A stretch of 64,000 bases of DNA from Malacoraja senta (GCA_038087875.1 CM075988.1:21454001-21518000), one strand, 5' to 3'. Counted from the stretch's first letter, positions 51,101 through 63,985 are shown. Numbers and translations are program-made. The notes: a model not told the origin generated them from the sequence alone.

Positions 51101-51591
51101 GACGATTAATGTTTAAGAAGATTTTTAGGAAAGTAAAATGTTTACTTTAGAAGGTATAGCCTAATTCCTGCTTTGAAATTCTGCTTATGGTGCAGAGGAG
51201 GATCGGAACATCTGGACTCCTGACTAGGCCTCAGCGAAGATAGTACTCATTGCTACAGAGACCCCTCGAGATATTGAACCAAATGTGGGCTTGGTTGGTG
51301 TTTTGTTTACACGTATCAATAGATGTCAAGGTCTTGCATGCAACATCCAACTATTAAAATGCAGGCAACGTCATACAAAACCGCTACAGGAAAACTGCAA
51401 TAAAAGCAGAAAATACTCAGCAACTGGGAAAAGGAGAATAGAATAAATGTCTCAGGGAAAGCCATTGACCTGCATGGCCAACTCTGTTTCAGATGGGATC
51501 CAAGCTATCGACTGAAAGATACAACATGGAAACAGGCCCCACTGTTCACCGAGTCCACGCCAAGTACCGACCATCCCTTCACACTAGTTAT

Positions 51592-52152
51592 AGACAATAG
51601 ACAATAGACTATAGACAATAGGTGCAGGAGTAGGCCATTCAGCCCTTCGAGCCAGCACCGCCATTCAATCTGATCATGGCTGATCATCCCCAATCAGTAC
51701 CCCGTTCCTGCCTTCTCCCCAAATCCCCTGACTCCGCTATTTTTAAGAGCCCTATCTAGCTCTCTCTTGAAAGCATCCAGAGAACCGGCCTCCACCGCCC
51801 TCTGAGGCAGAGAATTCCACAGACACACCACTCTCTGTGAGAAAAAGTGTTTCCTCGTCTCCATTCGAAATGGCTTACTCCTTATTCTTAAACTGTGGCC
51901 CCTGTTTCTGGACTCCCCCAACATCGGGAACATGTTTCCTGCCTCTAGCGTGTCCAAACCCTTAACAATCTTATATGTTTCAATGAGATCCCCTCTTATC
52001 CTTCTAAACACCAGAGTGTACAAGCCCAGCTGCTCCGTTCTCTCAGCATATGACAGTCCCGCCATCCCGGGAATTAACCTTGTAAACCTACGCTGCACTC
52101 CCTCAATAGCAAGAATGTCCCTCCTCAAATTAGGGGACCAAACTGCACACAA
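51592..52152 (-). mobile_element. Young CR1 fragment
   Basis: Open ORF2 C-terminus ending GEKAGTGY, (CTATTGT)n tail. Confidence 0.9.
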
Positions 52153-52619
52153 TGCTTCTGTGTGTTGCCTCACTTTCTCAACTATTCCTTACACAATTTA
52201 CAGAGGCCAATTAATTAATCTACAAACTTTTGGACATGGGAGGAAACCGGAGCACCCGGCATGGAACCACAAGATCTGCACACAAAAGAATCAATAAAAA
52301 CATTAAATGTATGTTGCAGAGTCATAGAGTCATACAGCATGGAAACAGGCTCTTCGGCCCACCTTGCCCACACCGACAAAGGTCCTCCGTCTATACTAGC
52401 CCCTACTGGTCGTGTTTGGCCCATATCCATCAAAACCTTTCCTATCCGCGTACCTGCCCAACTGCAGGAAAGATAAGGAAAGATAAAATAACATCTATTG
52501 TTCGTAGGTTTAGGATTACATTTATTCTATTCTCGTGTACTGAATTTCACTGAAAAGCTATGTTTTGCAAGAGAGAAGAAAGAATGACTGGGGTGCAAAG
52601 ATCTTTGATATGGACTCAA

Positions 52620-53040
52620 AGAATCATAGTCATACAGTGTGAAAACAGGCCTCCTGCCCAACTTGCCCACACCGACCAACATGCCCCATCTACACTAGTC
52701 TCACATGCTTGCGTTTGGCCCATATGCCTCTAAACCTGTCCTATCCATTTACCTGTCTAATTGCTTCGTAAATGTTGCGATAGTCCCTAGCTCAACTACC
52801 TCCTCCGGCAGCTTGTTCCGTACACCCTGTGAAAAAGTTACCCCTCAGATTACCATAAAATCTTTAATCCCTCACCTTAAACCCATGCCCTCAGGTTCTC
52901 GGTTCCCCTACTCTGGGCAAGAGATCTACCCGATCTATTCCTCTCACGATTTTGTACACCTCTGTAAGATCACCTCTCATCTCCTGCACTCCAAGGAATA
53001 GAGTCCCAGCCTGCTCAACCTCACCCTGTAGCTCAGGCCA
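52620..53040 (-). mobile_element. HER1-type CR1 fragment
   Basis: Reverse complement of the sequence seen at 4638-4935. Confidence 0.8.
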
Positions 53041-53664
53041 ACAATGTGTTGGTTACATTCACTTCACCGGTGCTGCCTGACCTTCTGAGTTCCTCCAGCT
53101 CCTTTTGTTTTGCCCAATCGAGTGACACGATTGTCCCTGTACATTGTGTTTCACTGCCAGAGGTTGATTCCATCAAAATTAACAGGGTCTAATGCCATGC
53201 CCAGTTAGTTCTTCATCATGCAGCTGCTGCTCCTGATCAGAAGATATATTTATCTCCACATCATAAAAAGAATTAATATCTATGTAGCCACAGCAATAAA
53301 GTTGATTTAAACTCGCGATGCTGCCTGCAGGCATTTAGGACGTGCTGCCTGATCTGACTTTTGAAAAAGCAATCGGTGTTTGTGCCACATCTTCAGCCTG
53401 TAAACCTCTGCGTTTCCCATCTCCCTGTGGTATCTCTCACGTGGTTGCAAAGCTAATAATGAAATCAGCTTTTTGGGCTTAGCTATTCCACCAGGCCCTG
53501 TTCAGAGTAGAAAGATAGGAGCAGAGGTAGTCTATTTAGCCCATTGAGCCACTCTGCCGGTAAATATGATCACAGCTGATCTTCTAATACAGTACCCCGT
53601 TCCTGCTCTCCCCTAAAAGCCCTCAATGCCCTGCGGTCCAGAAAGTTATCAGTCCCCTTCTTTA

Positions 53665-54003
53665 TGGCCCTGTCCCACGTGGTACGAGTTCATTCCAAGA
53701 GCTCTCCCGAGTTTGCCCTGATTCGAACTCGGAGATTTACGGTAATGGCCGCTCGTCGGTACTCGAGGCTCCCGTGGACATTTTTCAACATGTTGAAAAA
53801 TCTTCACGAGTCTTCCCGAGCTTACCTGCCATAAGCGAGTACCGAGTCTTCCCGAGTACCTGCCGTTAGCATTACGAGCCGCTAAAAGACATCCCCGAGC
53901 TCCGACGTACCCGCTACGTTCATTCACCGTGCTTACCACGAGTTTGATTTATTTTAAACTCGGGAGAGCTCTTGGAATGAACTCGTACCGTGGGACAGGG
54001 CCA
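53665..54003. mobile_element. PIF/Harbinger-like MITE, type C
   Basis: TGGCCCTGTCCCAC / GTGGGACAGGGCCA; flanks TTA (53662-53664) and TAA (54004-54006). Confidence 0.85.
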
Positions 54004-54362
54004 TAAGTTTAGTGTAATTTTAGAGATACAGCACGGAAACAGGCCCTCTGGCCCACCGAGTCCGCGCCAACCAGCGATCACCGCACATTAACACTATCCT
54101 GCACACATTATGGACAATTTACAACGATGCCAAGCCAATCAACCTACCAGCCTGCACGTCTTTGTAATGTGGGAGGAAACCGGAGATCCCGGAGAAAAAT
54201 CCACGCAGGTCACGGGGATAACGTACAAACGCTGTACAGACAAACGGCGGTCGTCAGGATTGAACCCGGGTCCCTGGCGCTGTAAGGCAGCAACTCTACC
54301 CACTGCGCCATCTTCAGGTTTAGTTTATTATTGTCACGTGTATTGAGGTACAGGGACAAGCA

Positions 54363-54512
54363 GCGAAAAGGCCAAGCATACACTTGCCGACCGTTTCGCT
54401 GAACATTTGCGCTCGGTCCGTCCAGGCCTGCTGGATCTCCCAGTTGCCAACCATTTTAACTCCCCTTCCCATTCCCACACTGACCTTACTGTCCTGGGCC
54501 TCCTCCATTGCC
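54363..54512 (+). mobile_element. Penelope-like GIY-YIG fragment
   Basis: KHTLADRFAEHLRSVRPGLLDLPVANHFNSPSHSHTDLTVLGLLHC. Confidence 0.7.
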
Positions 54513-54849
54513 GTGGATGTAATGTAAACACAAAACTATCACCGACAGCTTATCCAGACAGGAAGCAATTACAATAACTCATTTGCCTGTCCATTCTGAA
54601 AGTACGTTCTAGGAATTGGCAGTGTTCTGGTGAAAAACAAGTATAGAAATGAAGAAGGGTTTCTACCCGAAACGTTGCCTATTTCCTTCGCTCCATAGAT
54701 GCTGCTGCACCCGCTGAGTTTCTCCAGCATTTTTGTGTACCCAGAAATGAATGAAGACAGACACAAAAAGCTGGGGTGACTCAGAAGGCCAGGCAGCATC
54801 TCTGGAGAGAAGGAATCTGTGACGTTTTGGGTCGAGACCCTCCTCGAGT

Positions 54850-54877
54850 CTGAAGAAGGGTCTCGACCCGAAACGTC
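54850..54877 (+). ncRNA. Minimal type I hammerhead ribozyme-like motif (representative copy)
   Basis: CUGAAGA-A-GGGU(CUCG)ACCC-GAAAC-GUC: catalytic core boxes, stem II hairpin, palindromic ACGU stem III, GUC triplet; stem I only about 2 bp. Confidence 0.55.
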
Positions 54878-56809
54878 ACCCGTTCCTTCTCTCCAGAGAC
54901 GCTGCCTGTCCCGCTGAGTCACTCCAGCCTTTTGTGTCCGTCTTTGGTTTAAACCAGCATCTGCAGTTCCTTCCTACAGATAGAAATTAACGATGAAGCC
55001 CACAGATGCTGAGTGATGGCATCTCCTTCAGAGAGAATGTTTTCTTCAAAGTGACACTGTTGAAGCAATTGTTTTTCTAACCACAGCAACACAGGGCATT
55101 TTACTGAGAATTCATGTTCCTGTGGAAAGATTTCGCTTATAGTCACGGCTGCATCACCATTCCTCTCACTCAGTCCTGTCAGTGGTGCCTATTAAGAAGG
55201 ATTCCACTTTACATTACAAATGTGTTGCAGTTTTTGGATGTAGTTTAGTTTGCTTTAGTTCGTTCCAGAGATACAGCATGGTGGAAGGCCCTTCTGCCCG
55301 CCGAGTCCGTGCTGTCCGCTCTAGTTCCATGTTATCCCACTCCTGCATCCCACACACTAGCAATCAAGTTTTCAGTGAAAGGTAAATGGAAATTGCCACC
55401 ACATGCAACATTGTAGTACAGTGACATGATCCCAAGGAATGACCCGCTGTGTTTAGTTTCCTTCGGTTTAGTTTAGAGATACAGCACGGAAACAGTCCCT
55501 TCGGCCCACCGAGCCCGCGCCGACCAGCGATCCCCGCGCACTAACATTATCCTACATTTCTGCGAGACTGTCCCTGAATCTGGAGGTGTGTGTTTTCACA
55601 CTCCTTACATCCTTTGCCTGATGGGAGAGGGGAGAAGAGGGAGTGGCCGGGGTGCGACTCATCCTTGAATATGCTGCTTGATTGGACCTTGCCGGGGCAG
55701 CGTGAGGTATAAATGGAGTCAATGGAAGGGAGGTTGGTTTGTAGTGATGGTCTGGGCTACGTCCACAGGATGCAGTCGATGTGGGGGGAAGCTACTTGGC
55801 ATGGACTCACTTCTGCAATTCACCATTAAATGGGAGATTTCACCAATCTCCATCCAACTATGAAGACATAGAAACATAGAAACATAGAAAATAGGTGCAG
55901 GAGTAGGCCATTCGGCCCTTCGAGCCTGCACCGCCATTCAATATGATCATGGCTGATCATCCAACTCAGTATCCCGTACCTGCCTTCTCTCCATACCCTC
56001 TGATCCCTTTAGCCACAAGGGCCACATCTAACTCCCTCTTAAATATAGCCAATGAACTGGCCTCGACTACCCTCTGTGGCAATCTACACCTTTCAATATT
56101 TCAGCAAGCAAGTTACGTTTGAGTGTTCGCAGCCTTTGAAGGAAGAAGGTGATAGAATCTTGATGTCGAAGATACATTTCATTTACATATGGAAATTGGT
56201 AATTAGGTACCACACTCTTTAATAATAATCAGCCAAATGGATGTCATTTTGTCAGGTAAAAGTACAGTTTCATCATATCAGTGTGTCATTTGACTTTTCT
56301 ACAGATGTAAAATTACAAATTAACATTGCGCTTAATTGATGGCAGTGTTATTAACTTGTCAGGAAGCAGTAAAAACAGAAAGAGGTAACATTCTCCCCTT
56401 GTGGTTTATTGAGAATAAAGTAACCGAGACAGCGGATGTGTGTCAGACTGTCATTAAATCGTGAGAGAATGTTGATGGAATTGGAACCGTGCGTGTGGGC
56501 TGAGTAAATGGATTCATCAAGCAGGTATCACAGTCCGCAGCTGGTGGAGCTGCTGCCTCCCAGCGGCAGAGACCCAAGTTCGATCATCACCTCCGGTGTT
56601 ATCTATGTGGAGTCTTCACGTTTTCCCCTGCGCTCCGGTCTCCTCCCATATCCCAAAGACGTGCAGCATTGTAGGCTGGTTGGTCACTGTAAATTACTCC
56701 TAGTATGTAAGGAGTGGATGCAAAAGTGGGATAATAGAACCGGTGTAAACAGGTGGTCAGCATGGACTCGGTGGGCCGAAGGGCCCGTTTCCATGCTGGA
56801 TCTTTCTTT

Positions 56810-57190
56810 ACATAGAAACATAGAATCATAGAAAATAGGTGCAGGAGGAGGCCATTCGGCCCTTCGAGCCAGCACCGCCATTCATTGTGATCATGGCTGA
56901 TCATCCACAATCAATAACCCGTGCCTGCCTTCTCCCCATATCCCTTGATTCCACTAGCCCTAGAGCTCTATCTAAATCTCTCTTAAATCCACACAGTGAC
57001 TTGGCCTCCACTGCCCTCTGTGGCAGGGAATTCCACAAATTCACAACTCTCTGGGTGAAAACGTTTTTTCTCACCTCAGTCTTAAATGACCTCCCCTTTA
57101 TTCTAAGGCTGTGGCCCCTGGTTCTGGACTCGCCCAACATTGGGAACATTTTTCCTTCATCTAGCTTGTCCAGTCCTTTTATAATTTTAT
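56810..57190 (-). mobile_element. CR1 3' fragment
   Basis: MFPMLGESRTRGHSLRIKGRSFKTEVRKN; (CATAGAAA)n tail. Confidence 0.85.
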
Positions 57191-57559
57191 ATCTTTCTTT
57201 CTATCAATCAATCAATCAATCCATTAATTGATCAACGGATCAATCAATCAATTAATTAATTCTATGCTATGCCATCCTACACACTAGGGGCAATTTACAG
57301 AGGACCTATAAACCTACACTTTGGAACGTAGAAGGTATCCTTAGCACCCACATGATGACTAGGTGAACGTACAAACTCCGCAAAGATAGCACCCATAGTC
57401 AGGATCGAAGCTGGGTCTCTGGCGTTGTGAGGTAGCAACTCTACTGCTGCGCCACCATGCGGCCCTTTAATAAACTTACAATCTGTCCCCTGACTTGTCA
57501 CTGTTCATTGTTCTTGCCAGCACTTTTAGTTTATCCAAAGTTACTTGGGATTAGATCAG

Positions 57560-57868
57560 TTTAGTTTAGTTTAGAGATACAGCGAGGAAACAGTCCCTTC
57601 GGCCCACTGAGTCCGCACCGACCAACGATCCCTGCACACCAATATTATCCTACACACACCAGGGACAATTTACATTTCCACCAAGCCAATTATCCTACAA
57701 ACCTGCACGTCTTTGGAGTGTGGGAGGAAGCCGTAGATCTCGGAGAAAACCCCACGCAGGTCACGGGGAGAACGTACAAACTCCGTACAGACAGCACCCG
57801 TAGTCAGGATCGAACCCGGGTCTCCGACTCTGTAAGCGCTGAAAGGCAGCAACTCTACCGCTGTGTCA
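57560..57868 (-). mobile_element. HE1-type SINE
   Basis: Reverse complement of consensus. Confidence 0.85.
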
Positions 57869-59031
57869 CTATCTCATGGAATAAGGTGGAAAGGCATGAG
57901 GGGCTGAACTGCCTGCTCCTGATTTTCTACTCATGTTTTTACAAAATGCTTCACATTAAGGCCTCCACGTTCAGAGTAACAAATTAAGAAATGTGTTGGT
58001 TGTAACTGCAAATTGGGACTTCGAGAATATGTCATACAAGCTAGAGTGAGATTTCTTTCAGTGTTTGCAAAATGCAATTTGTGAATTTTGGCACTTCTAT
58101 TAATAAAATTAACTTGTGTGGTGCATATGTGAATTATTTTCAGTCTGTTACCCAGACTTGGATTGCAATATTACGGATATTAGACAGATAGATTGGGTAG
58201 TGCACTCAACTCAAATTGAGACTAATTTAATTAGATTAGGCAGGTTATAACTGCTAATATCTTCTGGTAATAGATAATTATCTTCCTTATTTTCAGTGAC
58301 TGCTGCTAAGAGCTATTGTGTGGATTACTGTGAAATCATTCAAATATTGACGGCAGGCACAGAAAGAGCGTAAAAAAACAAAAACAGGAGTAAGCAGTTT
58401 TGTTCCTTCTACCTGCCTTGACGATCAACAAGACTGTGGCCAATATGATGATGCCTTGATCTGTACTGATTGGGGATGATCAGCCATGATCACATTGAAT
58501 GGCAGTGCTGGCTCGAAGGGCCGAATGGCCTACTCCTGCACCTATTGTCTATTGTCTATTGATCTCTTCCCAGCTCTTCCCAATTCATAAATTCATAACT
58601 TCATAAGTTCTAGGAGCAGAGTTAGGCCATTTGGCCCATCATGTCAACTCCGCCATTCAATCATGGCTGATCTATCTTTCCCTCTCGACCCCATTCTCCT
58701 GCCTTCTCCCCATAACCCCTGACACGTGTACTAATTAAGAATCTATCTATCTCTGCCTCAAAATATCCATTGACTTGGCCTCCACAGCCGTCTGTGGCAA
58801 AGAATTACATGGTGCCCAAAACTGAACCACAAGAGTGCAGGACATCAGACCATCTCCATTAAGAGAGAGACTGTCTATCCTTGGCATTCAATATGCAGTA
58901 CCATTGCTAAGACCTGATTATTAGCATGTCTGTGCTAACCTCAGACCAATAACTCAGATGGACCAGCCACATAAAGTCCGTGGATACAAAAGTAGGGCAG
59001 AGACTGGGATTCCTGCGGTGATAATTCCAGT

Positions 59032-59059
59032 CTGATGAAGGGTCTTGACCCGAAACGTT
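59032..59059 (+). ncRNA. Hammerhead-like motif with canonical CUGAUGA box
   Basis: CTGATGA-A-GGGT(CTTG)ACCC-GAAAC-GTT; a second CTGATGA copy is at 42062. Confidence 0.5.
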
Positions 59060-59225
59060 ACCCAATCCTTCTCTCCAGAGATGCTGCCTGTCCCGCTGAG
59101 TTACTCCAGCTTTTTGTATTTATCTACCGATGGCTCAATGTCTTTCCACTATCTACCAGTCAGGAGCCTGATGGGATACTCTCCACTTACCTTGTGGAGT
59201 GCACGCTCACTGCCAAGAAGCTTAA

Positions 59226-59770
59226 TGCCCCTGTCCCAGGCGACTAGGCTGTCGCCACATGGTGTCGCCTGTATGGCCGTGAGTAGTCTCCTCAGTCGCC
59301 CAAAGAATCGTAGCATTTTTCTGGTCGTCGCTGGATTTTGAAATGTTTAAAACTTTTCAGCGACAGTCGGCGACAGTTGGCTTGACGCCAATGTGCGTAG
59401 CTTGACTTCTCCTGACGTAGGTGCTGTCGTAGGTTGTCACCAGGATGACGTAGGTTGTCTCCGGTGCTGACTTCGGTGAATTCCATTGGCGACTACCTAC
59501 GTCAACCTACATCAACCGGCGACAGGTACCGGCGACTGAATTGTCTTAACTTGTCGCAGGTGGACGTAGGTTGTCGTAGGTGTGATCGTAGGTGGACGTT
59601 CTAATGGGTCGCCGGTTGTCGGTAGCTTGCCGTAGCTGGACGTTGACTAGGTGGTAGGTTGTCGTAGACATTGTCGTAGGGGGGTCCAGTCACCGTTTTT
59701 TCGGCGACCTGCTACGACTATGACAGTCGCCGGCAGTCGCTGAAAAGATCGCCTAAGTGGGACAGGCCCT
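59226..59770. mobile_element. PIF/Harbinger-like MITE, type F
   Basis: TGCCCCTGTCCCA / TGGGACAGGCCCT; flanks TAA / CAA; internal GTCGTAGGTT-like repeats. Confidence 0.75.
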
Positions 59771-60219
59771 CAACACACTAAATATTCAAACCTCCTGGTA
59801 ATCATGTCTTGTCTTTCCGCTGACTGGATAGCATGCAACAAAAGCTTTTCACTGTACCTCGCTACACGTGACAATGAACTAAACTGTGCATGGATCATCA
59901 CCAACATCAAAATCCCTTTAAATTGGACACCATTCTCGCTTGGAGATATATCACTATTCCTTCATTTTTGCTGAATTAAAATCCTACAACTCCCTACTTA
60001 ACATAGAAACACACAAAATAGGTGCAGGAGTAGGCCATTCAGCCCTTCGTGGCAGCATCGCCATTCAATATGATCATGGCCGATCATCCAAAATCAGTAC
60101 CCCTTTCCTGCTTTCTCCTCATATCCTTTGATTCCATTAGCCCTAAGAGCTATATCTCTCTCTTGAACACATCATTAATGGCACTAAAGGGCAGCAGTGG
60201 TTCAAGAATGTGGCTCTCC

Positions 60220-60311
60220 GCCATCTTCCCATGGGCCATCTTCTCATGGGCCATCTTCTCATGGGCCATCTTCTCATGGGCCATCTTCTCATGGGCCATC
60301 TTCTCATGGGC
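60220..60311. repeat. 15-bp minisatellite (GCCATCTTCTCATGG) x6
   Basis: Six units, five identical. Confidence 0.95.
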
Positions 60312-60853
60312 TTGTTGTTGCCATAGGGCAACAATGGGCCTGGCTCACCCGCCGCAGAACCGGGTACCCGCCTGTAGAGGGAGCCGCCGAGCCTGGCTTC
60401 TCCTCACCCCCAAGGATGGAACAAGAGGGCTGGTGAGAAGAACCAGGGTCTTCTGAGGAAGGGTCTCGACCAGAAACGTCGCCCATTCCTTTTCTCTCCA
60501 GAAACGCTGCCTGTCCTGCTGAGTTACCTGTTGGTCTATGGTGTAAACCAGCATCTGCAGTTCCTTGCTGCACCCAGGGTCTGACCTTCCGCGCCTTCAA
60601 GGTGGTCCGTGGGAGGTGCCCCCCCCCCCCACCCACCCCGGGGATCAAAGACTGAAGCATGGAAGGGCGCGGAGAGGCACGACGGATCCCAGGACGATCT
60701 GGCCGGAGATGACGGCTGCAATGGGCCTTTATGGCCAGCTGCAGCTGGGACTTTAAAGATGGTGCCAAAACCTGGTGACTCTTGTATATGGACTCAATGG
60801 GCTATTTCTATACATTCTGCACTTAGAATGGGGATTGTAGTTTAGTTTATTAA

Positions 60854-61321
60854 AGGGCCTGTCCCATGAGCATGCGGCAAGCGTGACCTAACGCGGTCGC
60901 TTGAGCTGTGCCGCCTCGCGGGGCCGGTCCCACTTCGATCGCCGGAGCCGTATGGAGTTGTGCGGAGCTGGTCCCGACATCGCGCGGGGCTCCGAAAAAC
61001 TGACACTGTTCAAAATTCCGCACGGCAACGGCCTGCCGGCCCGCAGCCGCATTGAGGCCTTATGCACCGCCTCGACGGGCGTGCGCAGCGTCTCGACGCC
61101 GTACGCAACTTCCCGCGGACTTCGCTCGAACTTCACGTCAACTCGTACGGGATCACTCGACCTCCGCGCGGCCCCCGCTTCTGGTTTGGTCGCGCTCGCC
61201 GCATGCAGTCGCATGCTGGTGGGACCGGCCCTGTACGGGGATCACTCGACCTCCGCGCGGCCCCCGCTTCCGGTTTGGTCGCGCTTGCCGCATGCAGTTG
61301 CATGCTCGTGGGACAGGCCCT
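60854..61321. mobile_element. PIF/Harbinger-like MITE, type D variant with duplicated right end
   Basis: AGGGCCTGTCCCA / TGGGACAGGCCCT; flanks TAA (60851-60853) and TTA (61322-61324). Confidence 0.85.
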
Positions 61322-61766
61322 TTAGTCTAGAGATACAGCGCGGAATCCTCGTCATCCAGCGATCCCCACACATCAACACTATCCTACACTAGTCACATTA
61401 ACACTATCCTATCCTGCTGTCTTCCTGCCCACTAGTTGGCACACAACAAAAGCTTTTCACTGTACCTCGGTACACATGACAATAAACTAAACAAACCAAA
61501 TGAACTACAAACCTGTACGTCTTTGGAGTGTGGGGGGGGGGGGGGGGGGAGCTGAAGATCTCAGAGAAAAGCCACGCAGGTCAAGGGGAGAACGTACAAA
61601 CTCCGTGCAGACAAGCGCCAGGAATCGGGATCGAACCCGGGTCTCTGGCGCTGTGAGTCAGCAACTCTACCGCTGTGCCACCGTGCCGCTGTACTTGTAC
61701 TTATGTACGCCAATAATCTTACTGAACTGTACGCAAAACAAAATAATTTCACTGTACCTTGATAAT

Positions 61767-62768
61767 TTTTTTTTTTTTTTTTTTTTAATTTTTATTTATT
61801 AGAAGTACATTACATCACAGCCACATACATTAATACTCGTCATTTATATCTTCTTACAATTAATGTACTCCCTTTATTTATTTTTTTTACACTAAAGAAA
61901 GAAAAGATTGAAAGAGAGAAGAAAGTGAAGGAAAAAGTGCAAGTGTAGAAAAGTGTAGAAAATGTAACAACAAAAAAAAAGGACGAGGACCCTATGAGAG
62001 CGAAATTAAAAACAAAAAGAAAAAGAGTTAAGAAATAGGCCCTAAGAAAAGAAAAGAGAGAGAGAAAAAAAGAAAAACAAATGTTTTTTTTTTTGAGCAT
62101 CACGTAAATAGGACATACCAACTCTTCAACTATCATCCCCCCTTACCCGACCTCAATTTTTTATTTTTTTAAAGTACTTTTGCACCCTATGTTTGTAATA
62201 ATTCTATAAATGCAGACCACGTCAGGTGGAAGTGATCTGGTTTACCTGCTAGGAGGAGTCTTATCTCTTCAAGGTGTAGTGTTTCAAACATATTTGAAAT
62301 CCACATATTTATAGTTGGTATTGGAGCCTTCTTCCAAAATTTTAGAATTAGCTTTTTTCCAGTTATTAACCCATAATCCATTAATTTCTTTTGAAACACA
62401 TTTAGTTCTGGATCATCTTCCGTTATTCCGAAGATAATCCATTCTGCTTTGGGTATCAGTCTTGTTTTAAATAACTTTGTAAAGATTTCAAAAATTTCAT
62501 TCCAAAATTTTTGAATTTTTGTACAGAAGACAAATGAGTGCGCTATAGTTGCTTCTTGGGATTGACATTTATCACAAATAGATGATACGTTTGGGAAAAT
62601 TTTATGAATTTTAGTTTTCGAATAATATAATCTATGTAAAATTTTAAATTGTATTAAAGTGTGTCTTACATTAATCGAGCATTTATGTACTTTTAATAAG
62701 TATTCATTCCAACTTTCCTTTGAAATTTTAATAGCTAACTCTTGTTCCCAGTCTCTTCTGATACCCTC
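61767..62768 (-). mobile_element. L1-clade LINE, 5'-truncated, recent insertion
   Basis: Poly(A) tail; perfect TSD CTGTACCTTGATAAT (61752-61766, 62769-62783); stop-free frame 62187-62768 with IQFKILHRLY and CDKC-x8-H-x4-C zinc knuckle. Confidence 0.9.
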
Positions 62769-63649
62769 CTGTACCTTGATAATAAAGAATCATTGAACCA
62801 TTGACAATGTTCTTGGCAATAACTAGATTTAAAAAAAAGTGAAATAATAGTAAACTCAGAGAGAGGGAGTACCCGAAATATCTACTCTCTATCTACAAAG
62901 TTTGAGTGAAAAAATCGATAAGAGAGTAAATAAATTAAGAGCAAACCAGGAAATATAAATAGCGTCAGGTTGGGGGGGATTGGTACAAGTCTCCAAAGGG
63001 GAAGCAATTAGTCTTCATGAATAAGGAACCCCAGAGGAGGACAGGGAACATTGCAGAGGAGAAAACAAAAAAGACAAGTTATATCAAGCAAATATCCTCT
63101 TTAGAGTGGAACACACTGATCATTCTGTAAATTGCAATGAGACAAATATTTGATGACCAATGAGATAATTAATAGCAAAGGAAAGATGCTAGAAGAACAT
63201 TAATGGACCTGATCACTGCTGTCCCTTGAACAAAATGCTGGAGTAACTCAGTAGGATCTTTTCTAAGCTCCTTGACCCCCATCTCTTTTGATGTCTTGTT
63301 TTCACACTTTACTCTTCCTTATCTTTGTGTCTCCCTCCCCCCCAGACTCTCAGTCTGAAGAAAGGTCTCGACTCAAAACATCGGCCGTTCCTTCCCTCCA
63401 GAGATGCTGCCTGTCCCGCTGAGTTACTCCAGCTGAGTTACTCCAGCATTCTGTGTCTATCTTCGGTGTAAACCAGCATCTGCAGTTCCTTCCATCCTAC
63501 ATTTCATCTGGCCTTTGTGCCTGATGCACTGCACAGAGTGAATCTCACCCGCTGAGTTTCTCCAGCATTTTTGTCTACCTTCGATTTTCCAGCATCTGCA
63601 GTTCCTTCTTAAACGTGAATCTAACAGCTGTATTTTCAGAAACAGTGCG

Positions 63650-63985
63650 TGTCGAACACCTTCGCTCAGCCCGCCTTGCCCTAGGAGATCTCCTGTTTGC
63701 CAAACACATTAACTCCTCCTCCCATTCCCATTATAACCTTTCTGTCCTGGGTCTCCTCCATTGTCAGAGTGAGGCCGATCGCAAATTGGAGGAACAGCAC
63801 CTCGTATTTCGCTTGAGCAGCTGTCAACCCAGGGTTATGACTTTTGATTTCTCTGATTTCAAGTAACCCTTGCATCCCCTCTCTCTCCGTCCCTCCCCCC
63901 ACCCTAGTCGTCGACCTAGTTTCACTGCTGTCCTGTTGAGTGTCTGTGTTCGGTTTAAACCAGCATCTGCAGTTCCTCCCTTCCA
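63650..63985 (+). mobile_element. Penelope-like element 3' fragment
   Basis: EHLRSARL...LSVLGLLHCQSEADRKLEEQHLVFRLSSCQPRVMTFDFSDFK*. Confidence 0.75.

Larger units (their letters stand above)
58880..60350 (+). mobile_element. Ancient fragmented CR1-like LINE split by later insertions
   Basis: Decayed WTSHIKSVDTKVGQRLGFLR, STIY..VRSLMGYSPL, KKL pieces at 58940-59225 and tail pieces at 59900-60350. Confidence 0.5.

Noticed and set aside
60220..60311. CRISPR-like array or repeat protein (WAIFS/GPSSH repeats)
   Set aside because: Contiguous tandem units with no spacers, eukaryotic context, no gene structure
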